A DNA stretch of 32,000 bases from Candidatus Nanosynbacter sp. BB002 (GTDB taxonomy: Bacteria; Patescibacteriota; Saccharimonadia; Saccharimonadales; Saccharimonadaceae), in the NCBI RefSeq assembly GCF_037013405.1, contig NZ_CP146064.1:450001-482000 (forward strand), in the 5' to 3' direction. Below are positions 24,193 through 32,000 of the stretch, in pieces. Position numbers and translations under genes: made by a program. The notes beneath the pieces are model-generated. The model was not told where the DNA came from. It searched no databases and saw nothing but the letters and a program-made list of their open reading frames with translations. Within the stretch, counting starts at the first letter, position 1. Every line of letters begins with the position of its first letter.

Positions 24193-25412
24193 TATTCGTC
24201 TCCCTCCATGATTAGCACAAATGTATTTTTACCTTTTTTCAGTAGCGACGTGGTGTTAACAGCTTGGTCTTCGGCTATTTTTTCGCCATTAAGGCTGATG
24301 GCGCCAGATTTTAGCAGGCGTTTTGCCTCGCCGTTGGAACTGACCGCACCAGACACCACCAATGCTTCAATCACGCCGACGCCGACATCAACGCGCGGGA
24401 TTTCCTTGGCGAGAGCGTCCAGGTCATCGTCTGATAATTGCCGAAAATCGCCGCCGCCAAACAATACTTCAGTCACCCGCTCCACTGATTCGCGCCGATT
24501 GACGCCGTGGACGATGTCGGTGACTTCGCGTGCCAAGACCTTTTGGGCCGAGCGCGCACCCGGGTTAACCGCATGGTTTTCAGCGATGGCCTCAATGGTG
24601 TCGCGATCGAGCATGGTAAAGATTTTCATGTACTCAATGGCGCTTTCGTCATCAACGTTCAGCCAGAATTGATAGAACTTGTAGACGCTGGTTTTGGCTT
24701 CATCTAGCCACACAGCGCCACCTTCGGATTTGCCAAATTTGCGCCCGGTTGATTTGTTGATGAGTAGCGGTGCGGTCATAGCGTAGACTTCGGCATTTTC
24801 TTTTTTGCGGATCAATTCCACGCCTGAAACCAAATTACCCCACTGGTCAGAACCGCCGATTTGTAAATTGACACCGTGGTGTTTGAACAAATGCCAGAAA
24901 TCATACCCCTGCAGCAACGTGTAGGTAAATTCCGCAAAACTCAGCCCTTTACCGTTGTCGATGCGTGCCTTGAAAAATTCACGACCGATCAAATCTGCCA
25001 TGTTGAAATTCTTGCCAATGTCGCGGAGGAACGGCAACAATTCCAAATTGCCCAGCCAATCCGCATTGTCCACCAGGGTAAAATCGCGTCCGGCGAAAAT
25101 TTGTGACACCTGTGCTTTCAAAGCTCGTTTATTGTGCTCAATTTCCGCATAAGAAAGTAGACTCCGCTCCTCGGTGTCGCGCATATCGCCGATCATACCC
25201 GTGCCGCCACCAACCAGTAGAAACACCTTGTGTCCGCGCTCCAAAAAATGCCGCACCATCATATAGACCGCCAAATGCCCGACATGCAAACTGTCAGCTG
25301 ACGGATCTGTCCCCAAATAGAGCGTAAAATTCTCCGAATCGATAAGCTTGTCGTTGGTGAATGTGGTCTGGTTCCAAAACCCGCGCCACTGTAATTCCTC
25401 TGATAACTGCAT
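24192..25412 (-). CDS. tyrS: Tyrosine--tRNA ligase
   Basis: HIGH-type motif LHVGHL, KMSKS-type motif KFGKS and a C-terminal S4-like domain. The ATG at 25412 (MQLSEELQWRG) is preceded by aaggag. The listed ORF extension to 25517 lacks support. Confidence 0.94.
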   Translation of the reverse strand: MQLSEELQWRGFWNQTTFTNDKLIDSENFTLYLGTDPSADSLHVGHLAVYMMVRHFLERGHKVFLLVGGGTGMIGDMRDTEERSLLSYAEIEHNKRALKAQVSQIFAGRDFTLVDNADWLGNLELLPFLRDIGKNFNMADLIGREFFKARIDNGKGLSFAEFTYTLLQGYDFWHLFKHHGVNLQIGGSDQWGNLVSGVELIRKKENAEVYAMTAPLLINKSTGRKFGKSEGGAVWLDEAKTSVYKFYQFWLNVDDESAIEYMKIFTMLDRDTIEAIAENHAVNPGARSAQKVLAREVTDIVHGVNRRESVERVTEVLFGGGDFRQLSDDDLDALAKEIPRVDVGVGVIEALVVSGAVSSNGEAKRLLKSGAISLNGEKIAEDQAVNTTSLLKKGKNTFVLIMEGDE

Positions 25413-25443
25413 ATTTTCTCCTTGGTCAGCTAATCTTAGTATC

Positions 25444-25452
25444 AGTATATCA
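25444..25452 (-). promoter_or_regulatory. Extended -10 element for tyrS
   Basis: The minus strand reads TGATATACT about 30 nt upstream of the tyrS ATG. Confidence 0.35.
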
Positions 25453-25463
25453 ATTTTTGGCAG

Positions 25464-25491
25464 TTGATGCGAACCATGTGCGTGATATAAT
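25464..25491 (+). promoter_or_regulatory. Promoter of the PBP gene (leaderless arrangement)
   Basis: TTGATG (25464-25469), 16-nt spacer, extended -10 TGATATAAT (25483-25491), then 7 nt to an in-frame GTG at 25499. Confidence 0.5.
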
Positions 25492-25498
25492 AGATTAC

Positions 25499-28153
25499 GT
25501 GAATAAGAGTAGTACAAGTAGCAGCAACAAATCGCCTTCTAGTCCCAGGAAATCTGCGACAAAGCGATTAAGCTTGTATGCCAATCTGGCACATAAGCGT
25601 AAAGTTAAAAAAGATAAAGATTCGCGCGAGCGTGCTGAATATTTGGCAAGCTTGCCGAAGCATCCAGTTAAGCGATTTTTCTATCGCTTACATCCAAAGC
25701 GGTTAGCTAACTATTGGTTCTCCAAACGCGGCGCAAAGATGGCGCTGAAAATTGCTGGTATTACTCTGTTGTTGATGATCTTGTTTATCGGTGGGCTGTT
25801 CGCATATTTCCGCAAAGACTTGGATAAGATTCGACCAGGCGAAATTGCCAAACGTGTCCAAACAACAGTCACGAAATATTATGACCGTAACGGCGTGCTA
25901 CTCTGGGAAGATAAAGGAACTGGTAACTACAAACTGGTGGTCGAAGGTGACCAAATTAGCAATCACCTGAAACATGCTACTGTTGCCATTGAGGACAAAG
26001 ACTTCTACAAACACCACGGAGTTAGTGTTAGCGGCTTGACGCGTGCGGTATTTTCAACGGCTTCTGGAGGGCAGGTTCAGGGAGGATCGACATTGACCCA
26101 GCAGCTCGTCAAACAGGTGTTCTTTGCGGATGAAGCTGGTGAGCGTGGTCTCAAGGGTATCCCGCGTAAGATCAAAGAGATGATTTTGGCGATTGAGGTT
26201 GAACGCATGTACAACAAAGACCAAATCTTGTCACTATACCTCAACGAATCGCCATATGGAGGTCGCCGTAATGGCGCTGAGTCAGCTGCACAAACGTACT
26301 TCCACAAGAGCGCAAAAGACCTAACTATAGCCGAAGCAGCCCTGCTAGCAGGAATTCCGCAGAATCCGTCCTACTTTAACCCGTACAATACTGCCGGTAA
26401 TAAGGCCTTGATCGAGCGCCAACACACCATCTTAGACTACATGACAGAACAAGGCTACATCACACAAAAAGAAGCAGATGAAGCTAAGAAATACCCAATC
26501 CTTGACAATCTATATCCACAAGTCGAACAAACTGAAGGCATGAAGGCACCACACTTTGTGATGATGGTCCGATCACAGCTTGAAAAAGAACTTGGTCAAG
26601 CAGTTGTTGGACGAGGTGGATTGACCGTTAAAACAACACTGGATTGGCGCATCCAAGAAAAATTAGAAAATGAAATGAAAGCCTTCTTTGCAACCGGCCG
26701 CCCAGCTGCTATTAACGCCCACAACGGTGCGTCAGTCGTGGAGGATGTGCAGACTGGTCAAATTGTTGCCCTGATGGGTAGCCGTGACTTTAACTATCCA
26801 GGCTTTGGTCAGGACAATGCTGCCACGGCCTTCGTCCAGCCAGGTTCATCCATCAAGCCATTTGTGTTTACTCACCTATTCAGCAAGCACGGTAGCCAAG
26901 CTTACGGAAGCGGCACCATACTGAAAGACGAAAACATTGACTCAATTTACGGTGCTAAGCTTAACAACTGGGACAACAAGTTCATGGGTGACATCACCAT
27001 CCGCCGAGGACTTGGTCTGTCTCGTAACACCCCAGCGGTGAAAGCAATGTACATTGCTGGCAACGGTAGTCCAAAGCCAACCGTGGAATTCATCCGAGGC
27101 CTTGGTAACTCAGAGTATTGTAAACAAGAGGAAGACTCTGGTGGTTACGGTCTATCTGCCGCCATCGGTGGATGTGGCGCCAAGCAAACTGAACTGGTCA
27201 ATGCCTATGGTACCTTGGCTCGCCTGGGTGTCAGGAAAAAGTCCACCTCAGTATCGGAAGTGATCAACTCTCAGAACGAAACCCTCCTGAAATGGAAAGA
27301 TGAATCAAAGCAAGCTGTCGATCCGCAGGCCGCCTATATCACCAACGACATCCTAGCTGACCGATCGAGCACATTGGTGACAGGAAGTATCCCGGGTGTG
27401 CGTGCTAGCTACAAGACCGGAACCTCCGACAAGGGCAATCAACCAAAAGACATCTGGCTGGCGAGCTATACACCAGCTCTCGCCATGACCCTCTGGCTTG
27501 GTAACTCCGACAGTCGTACATTGACCTCCATAAACTCGTCAACTGGTCTCCCAGTGATTCAGAAAGTCATGAGCTTTGCACATACCCAGGTCTACCAGCC
27601 AGCTGGCAAGTGGAAATCAAGCATGTGGTACACCCGCCCATCTGGTATCAAGCAGAATGGCAAAGAACTGTACCCATCGTGGTGGAACCAAAACCAAGGA
27701 CAAAGCTCGTCTAAGATGACATTTGACCGCATCTCTAAAAAGAAGGCTACCTCCTGTACTCCAGAGGGCGCACGAGAAGAAGTTGACGTGATCAAGGCAG
27801 TCGACCCAATCACCAAGAAAGAGTCTTTCAGTGCGCCAGCAGGTTACAACGCTACCGCTGACGACGATGTGCACAACTGTAGCGATGCCAAGCCTCGTGT
27901 CGCTAGCATCACCGCGTCTGGCTCGAGTAATAAATACACTATTGATGTCAGTGTTGATGGAGGAAAATTTGGTCTAGCAACGCTTGATATCTTGGTTGAC
28001 GGACGTTCAGTCAAATCAAGCAATATCAGCGGTAACAGCGCCTCAGACCGCGTCTCAGTCAATGTCTCATCAGGATCACACACTATCACCGTGAATGTCC
28101 GCGACGAAGGGTACTACACCGCAAGTAGCTCAAAAACTGTCAGCGACGATTAA
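25499..28153 (+). CDS. Class A penicillin-binding protein (GT51 glycosyltransferase plus transpeptidase)
   Basis: GT51 motifs EDKDFYKHHG, GGSTLTQQL and RKIKE. Transpeptidase motifs SSIK (SxxK), SRN (SxN) and KTGT. TM helix ALKIAGITLLLMILFIGGLF. The start is uncertain: GTG 25499 is preferred, ATG 25739 is the alternative, and the listed 25361 start would overlap tyrS. Confidence 0.9.
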   Translation: MNKSSTSSSNKSPSSPRKSATKRLSLYANLAHKRKVKKDKDSRERAEYLASLPKHPVKRFFYRLHPKRLANYWFSKRGAKMALKIAGITLLLMILFIGGLFAYFRKDLDKIRPGEIAKRVQTTVTKYYDRNGVLLWEDKGTGNYKLVVEGDQISNHLKHATVAIEDKDFYKHHGVSVSGLTRAVFSTASGGQVQGGSTLTQQLVKQVFFADEAGERGLKGIPRKIKEMILAIEVERMYNKDQILSLYLNESPYGGRRNGAESAAQTYFHKSAKDLTIAEAALLAGIPQNPSYFNPYNTAGNKALIERQHTILDYMTEQGYITQKEADEAKKYPILDNLYPQVEQTEGMKAPHFVMMVRSQLEKELGQAVVGRGGLTVKTTLDWRIQEKLENEMKAFFATGRPAAINAHNGASVVEDVQTGQIVALMGSRDFNYPGFGQDNAATAFVQPGSSIKPFVFTHLFSKHGSQAYGSGTILKDENIDSIYGAKLNNWDNKFMGDITIRRGLGLSRNTPAVKAMYIAGNGSPKPTVEFIRGLGNSEYCKQEEDSGGYGLSAAIGGCGAKQTELVNAYGTLARLGVRKKSTSVSEVINSQNETLLKWKDESKQAVDPQAAYITNDILADRSSTLVTGSIPGVRASYKTGTSDKGNQPKDIWLASYTPALAMTLWLGNSDSRTLTSINSSTGLPVIQKVMSFAHTQVYQPAGKWKSSMWYTRPSGIKQNGKELYPSWWNQNQGQSSSKMTFDRISKKKATSCTPEGAREEVDVIKAVDPITKKESFSAPAGYNATADDDVHNCSDAKPRVASITASGSSNKYTIDVSVDGGKFGLATLDILVDGRSVKSSNISGNSASDRVSVNVSSGSHTITVNVRDEGYYTASSSKTVSDD

Positions 28154-28178
28154 TCGTCTTGGCTATTCGCCAACCTAA

Positions 28179-29081
28179 TCAGCTCAGCCTCTCAGCCTCG
28201 CGCTGGGCTGATGTTTTTGTAGTCGTAGAACGACGACGAGTTTGCTGCACAGGCTTCTGAGTTTTTACTGCTGGCTTTTTAGTAGTCTTCTTAGCTGATC
28301 CTTCTGGACTAGTCTGCACTTTCCGACCAACAGAGCGACGTTTTGCGATGACAGCTGTTTGTCTTGTTGGTTCTGGCGGAGTGGTTTGCTCGACAACCTT
28401 GGCGAACATCATCTTGCCAGCGTCAGTTTGTAGGCTACGGATAATTTCAATGCGCTTTTTCTGACCCAGGAACTTTTTGGCCTGCTCAACCACCACCATG
28501 GTGCCGTCATGCAAATAGCCGACTGCTTGATGAGAATCCTGACCTTTTTGTGTCAATTCCAGCACCAGCTCATCGCCAGGTAGATAGCTCATGCGCAAAC
28601 TCTTGGCCAGCTCATTGATATTGAGAATCTGAATACCTTCAACTTGTGCCACCTTATTCAGGTTGTAGTCCAGCGTCAAAATAGCAGCGTTCATTTCCTT
28701 GGCGAGCTGCAGCAGACGGTTATCAACGCCCTCGGGAATGCGCGTCGCATCGTCAAGCAGCGTGAACGAACTACCCAGCACATCTTTTAGTTCCTTCATG
28801 ACGTCCATACCAAAGCGGGCACGTTCGCGCTTAGCATGATCAGCACCGTCAGCCAACAACTGCAGTTCTATTAGCACACTGCGCGGCACGATGATCTGCC
28901 CCAGCAAGAACCCAGTCTTTGCCAGATCAACCACCCGTCCGTCCATCAACACCGAGGTGTCAACCAAAATTGGCAGCTGCGTGCCACTACCTGTGTGCCG
29001 CCGCGGCTTGACCAGCAGATATATCTCCGCCATGATAGCCAGCAGCATGATAATGATAAGAAGTTCAATTGTTTTTTCCAT
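28179..29081 (-). CDS. PIN/TRAM domain protein (YacL-like) with N-terminal TM helix and basic C-terminal tail
   Basis: PIN: ILVDTSVLMDGRV...IIVPRSVLIELQLLAD. TRAM-like: LELTQKGQDSHQAVGYLHDGTMVVVE. Located downstream of radA, as in Firmicutes. Confidence 0.8.
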   Translation of the reverse strand: MEKTIELLIIIMLLAIMAEIYLLVKPRRHTGSGTQLPILVDTSVLMDGRVVDLAKTGFLLGQIIVPRSVLIELQLLADGADHAKRERARFGMDVMKELKDVLGSSFTLLDDATRIPEGVDNRLLQLAKEMNAAILTLDYNLNKVAQVEGIQILNINELAKSLRMSYLPGDELVLELTQKGQDSHQAVGYLHDGTMVVVEQAKKFLGQKKRIEIIRSLQTDAGKMMFAKVVEQTTPPEPTRQTAVIAKRRSVGRKVQTSPEGSAKKTTKKPAVKTQKPVQQTRRRSTTTKTSAQREAERLS

Positions 29082-29104
29082 AATAATTTCCTTTATGATA
29101 ACAT

Positions 29105-30457
29105 TTATTGTAAATAGTCAATCAGTGCCTGGCGTAAATCGCCGACACCGCGCACAAATGCGTCCTTGTGGGTTTTTGGCGCAATGGCGTAGGTAAAGCC
29201 GAGCTTCTTCGCCTCTTTGACGCGGGCGTGCCAGCCTTGAGCTGAGCGCACTTCGCCGCCCAAGCCGACTTCGCCAAACACCACCGCTTCGTCGCTGAGT
29301 TTGCGGCCAGCCGAGGCCGAGGCGATGGCCATAGCGACTGCCAAGTCCGCCGCTGGGTCGCTCAGTTTCAAGCCACCAACCACGTTGATGTAAATATCTT
29401 TGTCGGAGAGATTGAGCTTGGTACGCTTTTCCAGCACCGCCACCAACAAGTTTAAGCGGTTGAGATCAAAACCGCTGGCCGCGCGTTTGGGGTAGCCAAA
29501 ATTCGTCGGATTGACCAACGCCTGAATTTCCACCAGCAGCGGCCGCGCCCCCTCCATGGTGGCTAGGACGATGGAGCCGTCGAGGTTTTGCCGCTCGGCT
29601 AGCAAACTCGCCGATGGATTAGCCACAATCTGTAATCCATCCTCGTGCATTTCGAAAATTGCTGCCTCATTAGTCGAGCCATAGCGATTTTTCTGCGCCC
29701 GTACCACGCGAAAACCACCGTAGCGATCGCCCTCAAAATTCAGCACCACGTCGACCAAGTGCTCCAGGACTTTCGGCCCAGCAATTGAGCCTTCTTTGGT
29801 GACGTGTCCGACCAAAATCACTGCGGTATTCGAGGCTTTGGCGGCGCGAATGATGACGTTGGATGAGTTGGTGATTTGGCTAACTGAGCCTGGCGCTGAG
29901 GCAATGTCTGCCAGCGACAATGTTTGGATGGAATCGACAATCACCAGATTGTAATGGCCAGTCTGGATGGAAGCGGCGATGTCCTCGGCGCTGTTACTGG
30001 ACGCCAGCTGCAGACTCTCTGAGTCAACCGCTCCCAACCGCTCAGCCCGCAATTTGACCTGCGACACCGACTCCTCGCCGCTGACATAGAGCACTTGGTT
30101 TTGTCGGGCAATAAACGCCGCGACTTGCGCCAGCAGGGTGCTTTTACCAATTCCCGGCTGCCCCGCCACCAGCACCACGCCGCCCGGCAAAAAGCCACCG
30201 CCGAGCACCGCGTCAAGGTCGGCAATGCCGGTTGCTAGCCGCGCCTGTTTAGTTTCAGTAGCCGTTTCGCTGAGCCTGAGCGTCGTGAGCGCCTTGCCCT
30301 TGCCACTGCTGCGGGCTACCGCCGACGCACCAGTATCGACTGGTAGTTGCTCAACCAGCGAGTTCCACTCACCACAATTTTCACACTTGCCAACCCACTT
30401 TGGATAGCTGGCGCCACACTGCTGGCAGATAAATTGCGATTTTGCCCGCGCCATCAC
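29105..30457 (-). CDS. radA: DNA repair protein RadA/Sms
   Basis: Zinc finger CQQCGASYPKWVGKCENCGEWNS, Walker A GQPGIGKST, the KNRYG motif and a Lon-like C-terminal domain. Confidence 0.96.
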   Translation of the reverse strand: MMARAKSQFICQQCGASYPKWVGKCENCGEWNSLVEQLPVDTGASAVARSSGKGKALTTLRLSETATETKQARLATGIADLDAVLGGGFLPGGVVLVAGQPGIGKSTLLAQVAAFIARQNQVLYVSGEESVSQVKLRAERLGAVDSESLQLASSNSAEDIAASIQTGHYNLVIVDSIQTLSLADIASAPGSVSQITNSSNVIIRAAKASNTAVILVGHVTKEGSIAGPKVLEHLVDVVLNFEGDRYGGFRVVRAQKNRYGSTNEAAIFEMHEDGLQIVANPSASLLAERQNLDGSIVLATMEGARPLLVEIQALVNPTNFGYPKRAASGFDLNRLNLLVAVLEKRTKLNLSDKDIYINVVGGLKLSDPAADLAVAMAIASASAGRKLSDEAVVFGEVGLGGEVRSAQGWHARVKEAKKLGFTYAIAPKTHKDAFVRGVGDLRQALIDYLQ

Positions 30458-31434
30458 TCTACCGCCTTTTGACTGTCGAGGCTCTGACTGAGCCGATCAG
30501 CTTGCTCACCTAGCGCATTCATTTTTTCAACGTCAGCATTGTACTGATCGATCTGCTGGAGTAACGCAGCCTTTTGACTATTCAAGCGTTGACCTTCGGC
30601 TTGCAATTGCGAACGCTCAGCCTGGAACTGCTGCTGTGAACCAAAACCACCGCTAGTAGCTCGCTGATTGAAATCACGAATCTTCTCATTCAGCGCTGTC
30701 ATCGAGGTATCGTAGTTTTCCTTTCGCTGCTCAATCACCGCTCGTTGCTGTTTCAACTTCGCCTGCAAAGTAGTCACTTGCCGCTCCAAATCAACAAATC
30801 GCTGATTGTATTTTGCGTGCAAGGCAACTACTCGTGAGCGGTCACTGAAAAATCGAGCATAGTGCGTTTCCAGCTCTGAGCCCAAATCGGCATGTTCCGT
30901 GCCTAAAATGGAATGAAGCTCATTTGACCGAGAGCCTGGCTGCGCTCGATCATAGTACGCCATGCGTTCTTCCAACTTATTGTCTTTGATCCTCGCATAG
31001 GCATGTTCCAACAATTGACCAAGTCGCTGCTTTTCGGCGTCAGATAATCGCGACCACGCTGCGTGCAACATCTCGTGCGCCGCCGTCACCTCTTTGATAC
31101 CGTCAAGCTCAGGGTTCGGCACATTGTAAATATGAATAGTATCCTCTCCTGACTTGTAGCAGCCCAAAATTGGACTGGCTTTTTCCGACCGACGACACTC
31201 AGCATTAAATTCATTGGACGACTCCAGCCGTGGCTGAGTGACGTAAAATTGAAATCTGCCGTGCTCCGACATACCAGCGTTTGTTGCCAATTGAGCAATC
31301 TCAGTACTGGGCTGAAATTGCCAAGCTCGCACATGATCGAGTACGAATTGCCGGTTGAGCACCACCCAACCACTGAAGGCCAATATAGCTACTGACAGTA
31401 AAAAGCTCCCTAGTTTGCTAATCTTCGACATCAA
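30454..31434 (-). CDS. Membrane-anchored hypothetical protein with an HExxH motif and a C-terminal coiled coil
   Basis: N-terminal TM helix (LGSFLLSVAILAFSGWVVL), AAHEMLHAAW, then a Gln/Arg/Leu-rich heptad-like region (aa about 210-320). It overlaps the clpC stop by 17 nt and the radA start by 4 nt. Confidence 0.65.
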   Translation of the reverse strand: MMSKISKLGSFLLSVAILAFSGWVVLNRQFVLDHVRAWQFQPSTEIAQLATNAGMSEHGRFQFYVTQPRLESSNEFNAECRRSEKASPILGCYKSGEDTIHIYNVPNPELDGIKEVTAAHEMLHAAWSRLSDAEKQRLGQLLEHAYARIKDNKLEERMAYYDRAQPGSRSNELHSILGTEHADLGSELETHYARFFSDRSRVVALHAKYNQRFVDLERQVTTLQAKLKQQRAVIEQRKENYDTSMTALNEKIRDFNQRATSGGFGSQQQFQAERSQLQAEGQRLNSQKAALLQQIDQYNADVEKMNALGEQADRLSQSLDSQKAVE

Positions 31435-32000
31435 TTATTACCTCACCTTTTTTCATTGACGCAATTAATGTTGATCCTGCGTGCGCTTTCGACAGCACTG
31501 CTTCACTCAACGGATCTCCCAACAGAGTCTGGACAGTCCGCCGAAGGCGTCTCGCTCCGCGTTCAGCGTCAAAGCCATGGTCAATGATGCGACGTTTGAC
31601 ACTTGGTTTAATCATCAGGCTCATGCCGTGGCTCTCAATTGCCGCGCCAAGTTCGCTCGCAATAGTATCAAATATCTTGCCAGCAACTGCTCGGCTCAAC
31701 GCTTGGAAGACGATGATAGCATCAAATCGCTCAATCAACTCTGGCTTTAAGAAATCCTCCAGAGCCTGTCGCGCCGTCCGGTCATTGTGTCGCTGTACGT
31801 CTTTGCTACTGCGTTTCTTTGCGCCGCCAAACCCTAACGCTTCAGTATTCATCATACCCGCCGAGCCAACATTGCTGGTCAAGATGATGATGGTATGGCG
31901 AAAGCTGATCGCTCGCCCTTGCGCGTCGGTCAACTGACCATCTTCCAGTAGTTGCAGTAGCAGATTCATCACGTCTGGATGTGCTTTTTCAATCTCATCA
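31418..32000 (-). CDS. clpC: Clp/Hsp100 ATPase (ClpC/ClpB-type), C-terminal part; the gene continues beyond the window
   Basis: The reading frame is open to position 32000 (..DEIEKAHPDVMNLLLQLLEDGQLTDAQGRAISFRHTIIILTSN..). The D2-small domain is present (RFDAIIVFQAL, GARRLRR). Confidence 0.85.
   Translation of the reverse strand, partial: DEIEKAHPDVMNLLLQLLEDGQLTDAQGRAISFRHTIIILTSNVGSAGMMNTEALGFGGAKKRSSKDVQRHNDRTARQALEDFLKPELIERFDAIIVFQALSRAVAGKIFDTIASELGAAIESHGMSLMIKPSVKRRIIDHGFDAERGARRLRRTVQTLLGDPLSEAVLSKAHAGSTLIASMKKGEVIIDVED

Noticed and set aside
24208-25327. Several plus-strand ORFs (65-154 aa) inside tyrS, and the 5' extensions of tyrS (to 25517) and of the PBP gene (from 25361).
   Set aside because: They are antisense or overlapping shadows. 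The two extensions would make the divergent genes overlap each other's promoter and coding regions. The better-supported starts are 25412 (SD) and 25499 (promoter).
1-32000. CRISPR arrays, rRNA genes, and riboswitch or T-box leaders (for example upstream of tyrS).
   Set aside because: No regularly spaced direct repeats and no rRNA-like stretches were seen. The tyrS leader is only about 30 nt, too short for a T-box.

Overview
Gene-dense bacterial chromosome segment. Spot counts on a few 60-nt lines give about 48-55% GC, with many overlapping stop/start codons. Recognisable housekeeping genes: typA/bipA, GH37 trehalase, rarA, a GH13 alpha-glucosidase, rsmD, recG, a HAD-IIB hydrolase, tyrS, a class A PBP, a PIN/TRAM (YacL-like) protein, radA and the 3' end of a clpC/clpB-type gene. 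There are four intact tRNAs: Val-CAC, Gly-GCC, Phe-GAA and Gly-CCC. The clpC-radA-PIN/TRAM synteny, a SipW/TasA-like secretion module and the small compact operons suggest a reduced-genome Gram-positive-like or CPR (Saccharibacteria-like) organism; that is inference only. Two regions stand out. (1) An AT-rich block at about 13.1-19.25 kb (spot counts about 28-37% GC) lies between the GH13 gene and a tRNA cluster. It holds four ORFs with no housekeeping identity: a 4-TM plus long helical protein; a tightly coupled two-gene operon behind a near-consensus sigma70 promoter (251-aa unknown protein plus a stand-alone ClpB-D2-like AAA+ ATPase); and a convergent, overlapping DUF4238-like gene. I consider the two-gene operon the best candidate for an undescribed, probably defence or abortive-infection type system. 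(2) At 0.3-2.7 kb, an archaeal-type (SipW-like) signal peptidase is fused in one ORF to a LamG-domain protein that has its own internal signal-peptide-like segment. It sits next to a TasA-like cargo gene carrying the same post-helix motif (AG-x-x-A-T-I-x-N-S-x-N). Other observations: an aberrant tRNA-Leu(UAG)-like element at the window start; three tandem paralogous hypothetical genes apparently co-transcribed with tRNA-Val; a recurring -10 box placed 6-8 nt before start codons, suggesting leaderless mRNAs; and a tRNA-Gly with a U19:A56 covariation. No rRNA, CRISPR array, integrase or transposase was seen.
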